DNA of 64,000 nucleotides from Mobula hypostoma (Eukaryota). A model generated the notes under the pieces. It saw only the letters and a program-made list of their open reading frames with translations. It was not told the DNA's origin and did not search any database. The translations under genes were made by a program, and so were the position numbers. The DNA is taken from positions 116,438,001-116,502,000 of the forward strand of contig NC_086108.1 in assembly GCF_963921235.1 (NCBI RefSeq), written 5' to 3'. Of this stretch, positions 61,959-64,000 are shown in pieces. Numbering within the stretch: the stretch's first letter is position 1; the number at the start of each line of letters is the position of its first letter.

Positions 61959-62179
61959 GGCAGGTGAACAGCACCCGTATGGATAGAAAGATTCCTCCTT
62001 GGTACATGCCAGTAGAAAATGGAAGTTTGAAGCCAAAATGGTGTCAGTTTGGAATGTGGTGATGTCTAGTTTTCCCTCTTGTTGAAGAATATTTTGTCTC
62101 TATTTTGAATGTACTGCATTAAGATGAGATACCAGTGAAGAATTTTGTTCTCCTAACACACCTGTTGTCTCTGTTTTCC

Positions 62180-64000
62180 TAAGACCATAAGACCATAAGA
62201 TCATAAGACAAAGGAGCAGAAGTAGGCCATTGGGCCCATCGAGTCTGCTCCGTCATTTTATCATGAGCTGATCCATTTTCTCCTATTTAGTCCCACTTCT
62301 CCATCTTCTCACCATAACCTTTGATGCCCTGGCTACTCAGATATATATCAATCTCTGCCTTAAATACACCCAATGACTTGGCCTCCACTGCCGCCCATGG
62401 CAACAAATTCCATAGATTCACCACCCTCTGACTAAAAAAATTTCTTCGCATTTCTGTTCTGAATGAGCGCCCTTCAATCCTTAAGTCATGCCCTCTCGTA
62501 CTAGACTTCCCCATCATGGGAAACAACTTTGCCACATCCATTCTGTCCATGCCTTTTAAAATTCGAAATGTTTCCATGAGGTCTCCCCTCATTCTTCTAA
62601 ACTCCAAGGAATACAGTCCAAGAGCGGACAAACGTTCCTCATATGTTAACCCTCTCTTTCCCGGAATCATTCTAGTGAATCTTCTCCGAGCCCTCTCCAA
62701 CGTCAGCACATCCTTTCTTAAATAAGGAGACCAAAACTGCCCACAGTACTCCAAGTGAGGTCTCACCATCGCCTTATAGAGCCTCAACATCACATGCCTG
62801 CTCCTATACTCTATTCCTCTAGAAATGAATACCAACATTGCATTTGCCTTCTTCACTACTGACTCAAACTGGAGGTTAACTTTAAGGGAATCCTGTATCA
62901 GGACTCCCAAGTCCCATTGCATCTCAGAACTTTGAATTCTTTCCCTATTTAAATAAGAGTCTGCCCGTTTATTTTTTCTGCCAAAGTGCATAACCATGCA
63001 CTTTCCAACATTGTACTTCATCTGCCACTTCTCTGCCCATTATTCCAATCTCTCCAAGTCTCTCTGCAGACTCTCCGTTTCCTCAGCACTACCAGCCCCT
63101 CCACCTATCTTTGTATCGTCAGCAAACTTAGCCACAAAGCCATCTATTCCATAATCCAAATCGTTGATGTACAATGTAAAAAGAAGCGGCCCCAACATGG
63201 ACCCCTGTGGAACACCACTGGTAACCGGCAGCCAACCAGAATAGGATCCCTTTATTCCCACTGTCTGTTTCCTGCCAATCAGTCAACGCTCTATCCACGT
63301 ATGTAACTTTCCTGTAATTCCATGAGCTCTTATCTTGTTAAGTAGCCTCATGTGTGGCACCTTGTCAAAGGTCTTCTGAAAATCCAAATATACAACATCC
63401 ACTGCATCTCCCTTGTCTAGCCTACTGGTAATTTCCTCAAAAAATTGTAATAGGTTTGTCAGGCAGGATCTTCCTTTAAGGAATCCATGCTGAGTTCTGC
63501 CTATCTTGTCATATGCCTCCAGGTACTCTGTAACCTCATCCTTGACAATCGACTCCAACAACTTCCCAACCACGGATGTCAAGCTAACAGGTCTATAATT
63601 TCCTTTTTGCTTCCTTGCCCCCTTCTTAAATAGCGGAGTGACATTTGCAATCTTCCAGTCCTCCGGAACCATGCCAGAATCTATCGACTTTTGAAAGATC
63701 ATCGCTAATGCCTCCGCAATCTCCACAGCTACTTCCTTCAGAACACGAGGGTGCATTCCATCTGGTCCAGGAGATTTATGTACCTTTAGGCTATTCAGCT
63801 CCCTGAGTACTTTCTCTCTCGTAATTGTTTCTGCACACACTTCTCTTCCCAGCCACCCTTGAGTGTCCGGTATACCGATGTCTTCCTCAGTGGAGACTGA
63901 TGCAAAATACTTGTTCAGTTCCTCTGCCATCTCCTTATCTCCCATTACAATTTCTCCAGCATCATTTTCTATCGGTCCTATATCTACTCTCACCTGTCTT
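62180..64000 (-). mobile_element. CR1 LINE (family D-like) RT region, running off the window
   Basis: ORFs 62287..63021, 63040..63261 and 63283..63993; (ATGGTCTT)n tail. Confidence 0.95.

Noticed and set aside
60881..62062. 393-aa and 466-aa repeat proteins
   Set aside because: Several frames are open simply because the 48-bp unit lacks stops; non-ATG starts

Overview
Vertebrate nuclear DNA, most likely a cartilaginous fish (inferred from the repeat complement: many CR1 LINE lineages, HE1/V-type and Deu-type SINE relics, Penelope-like, Rex1/Babar and Tx1 LINEs). The large majority of the window is decayed, deeply nested transposable elements and tandem repeats, and nearly all long ORFs in the track are broken LINE ORF1/ORF2 pieces or repeat artefacts. 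I cannot identify any known host gene. The best host-gene candidate is a plus-strand cluster of three (possibly four) phase-1 exons at 32.5-34.3 kb encoding an unrecognised Pro/Arg/Ser-rich protein. Promoter-like islands lie at about 1.4, 9.3 and 14.5 kb. Structural highlights: a five-level nest with visible target-site duplications (satellite > solo LTR > hAT > Penelope > CR1, 14.7-26.7 kb), a second multi-level nest (35-46 kb), Penelope-derived hammerhead-like relics, internally deleted CR1 copies, a possible twin-primed CR1, and two abutting 48-bp minisatellites. I found no convincing wholly new biological system. Family assignments come from motif recognition, not database searches, and boundaries of old repeats are approximate.
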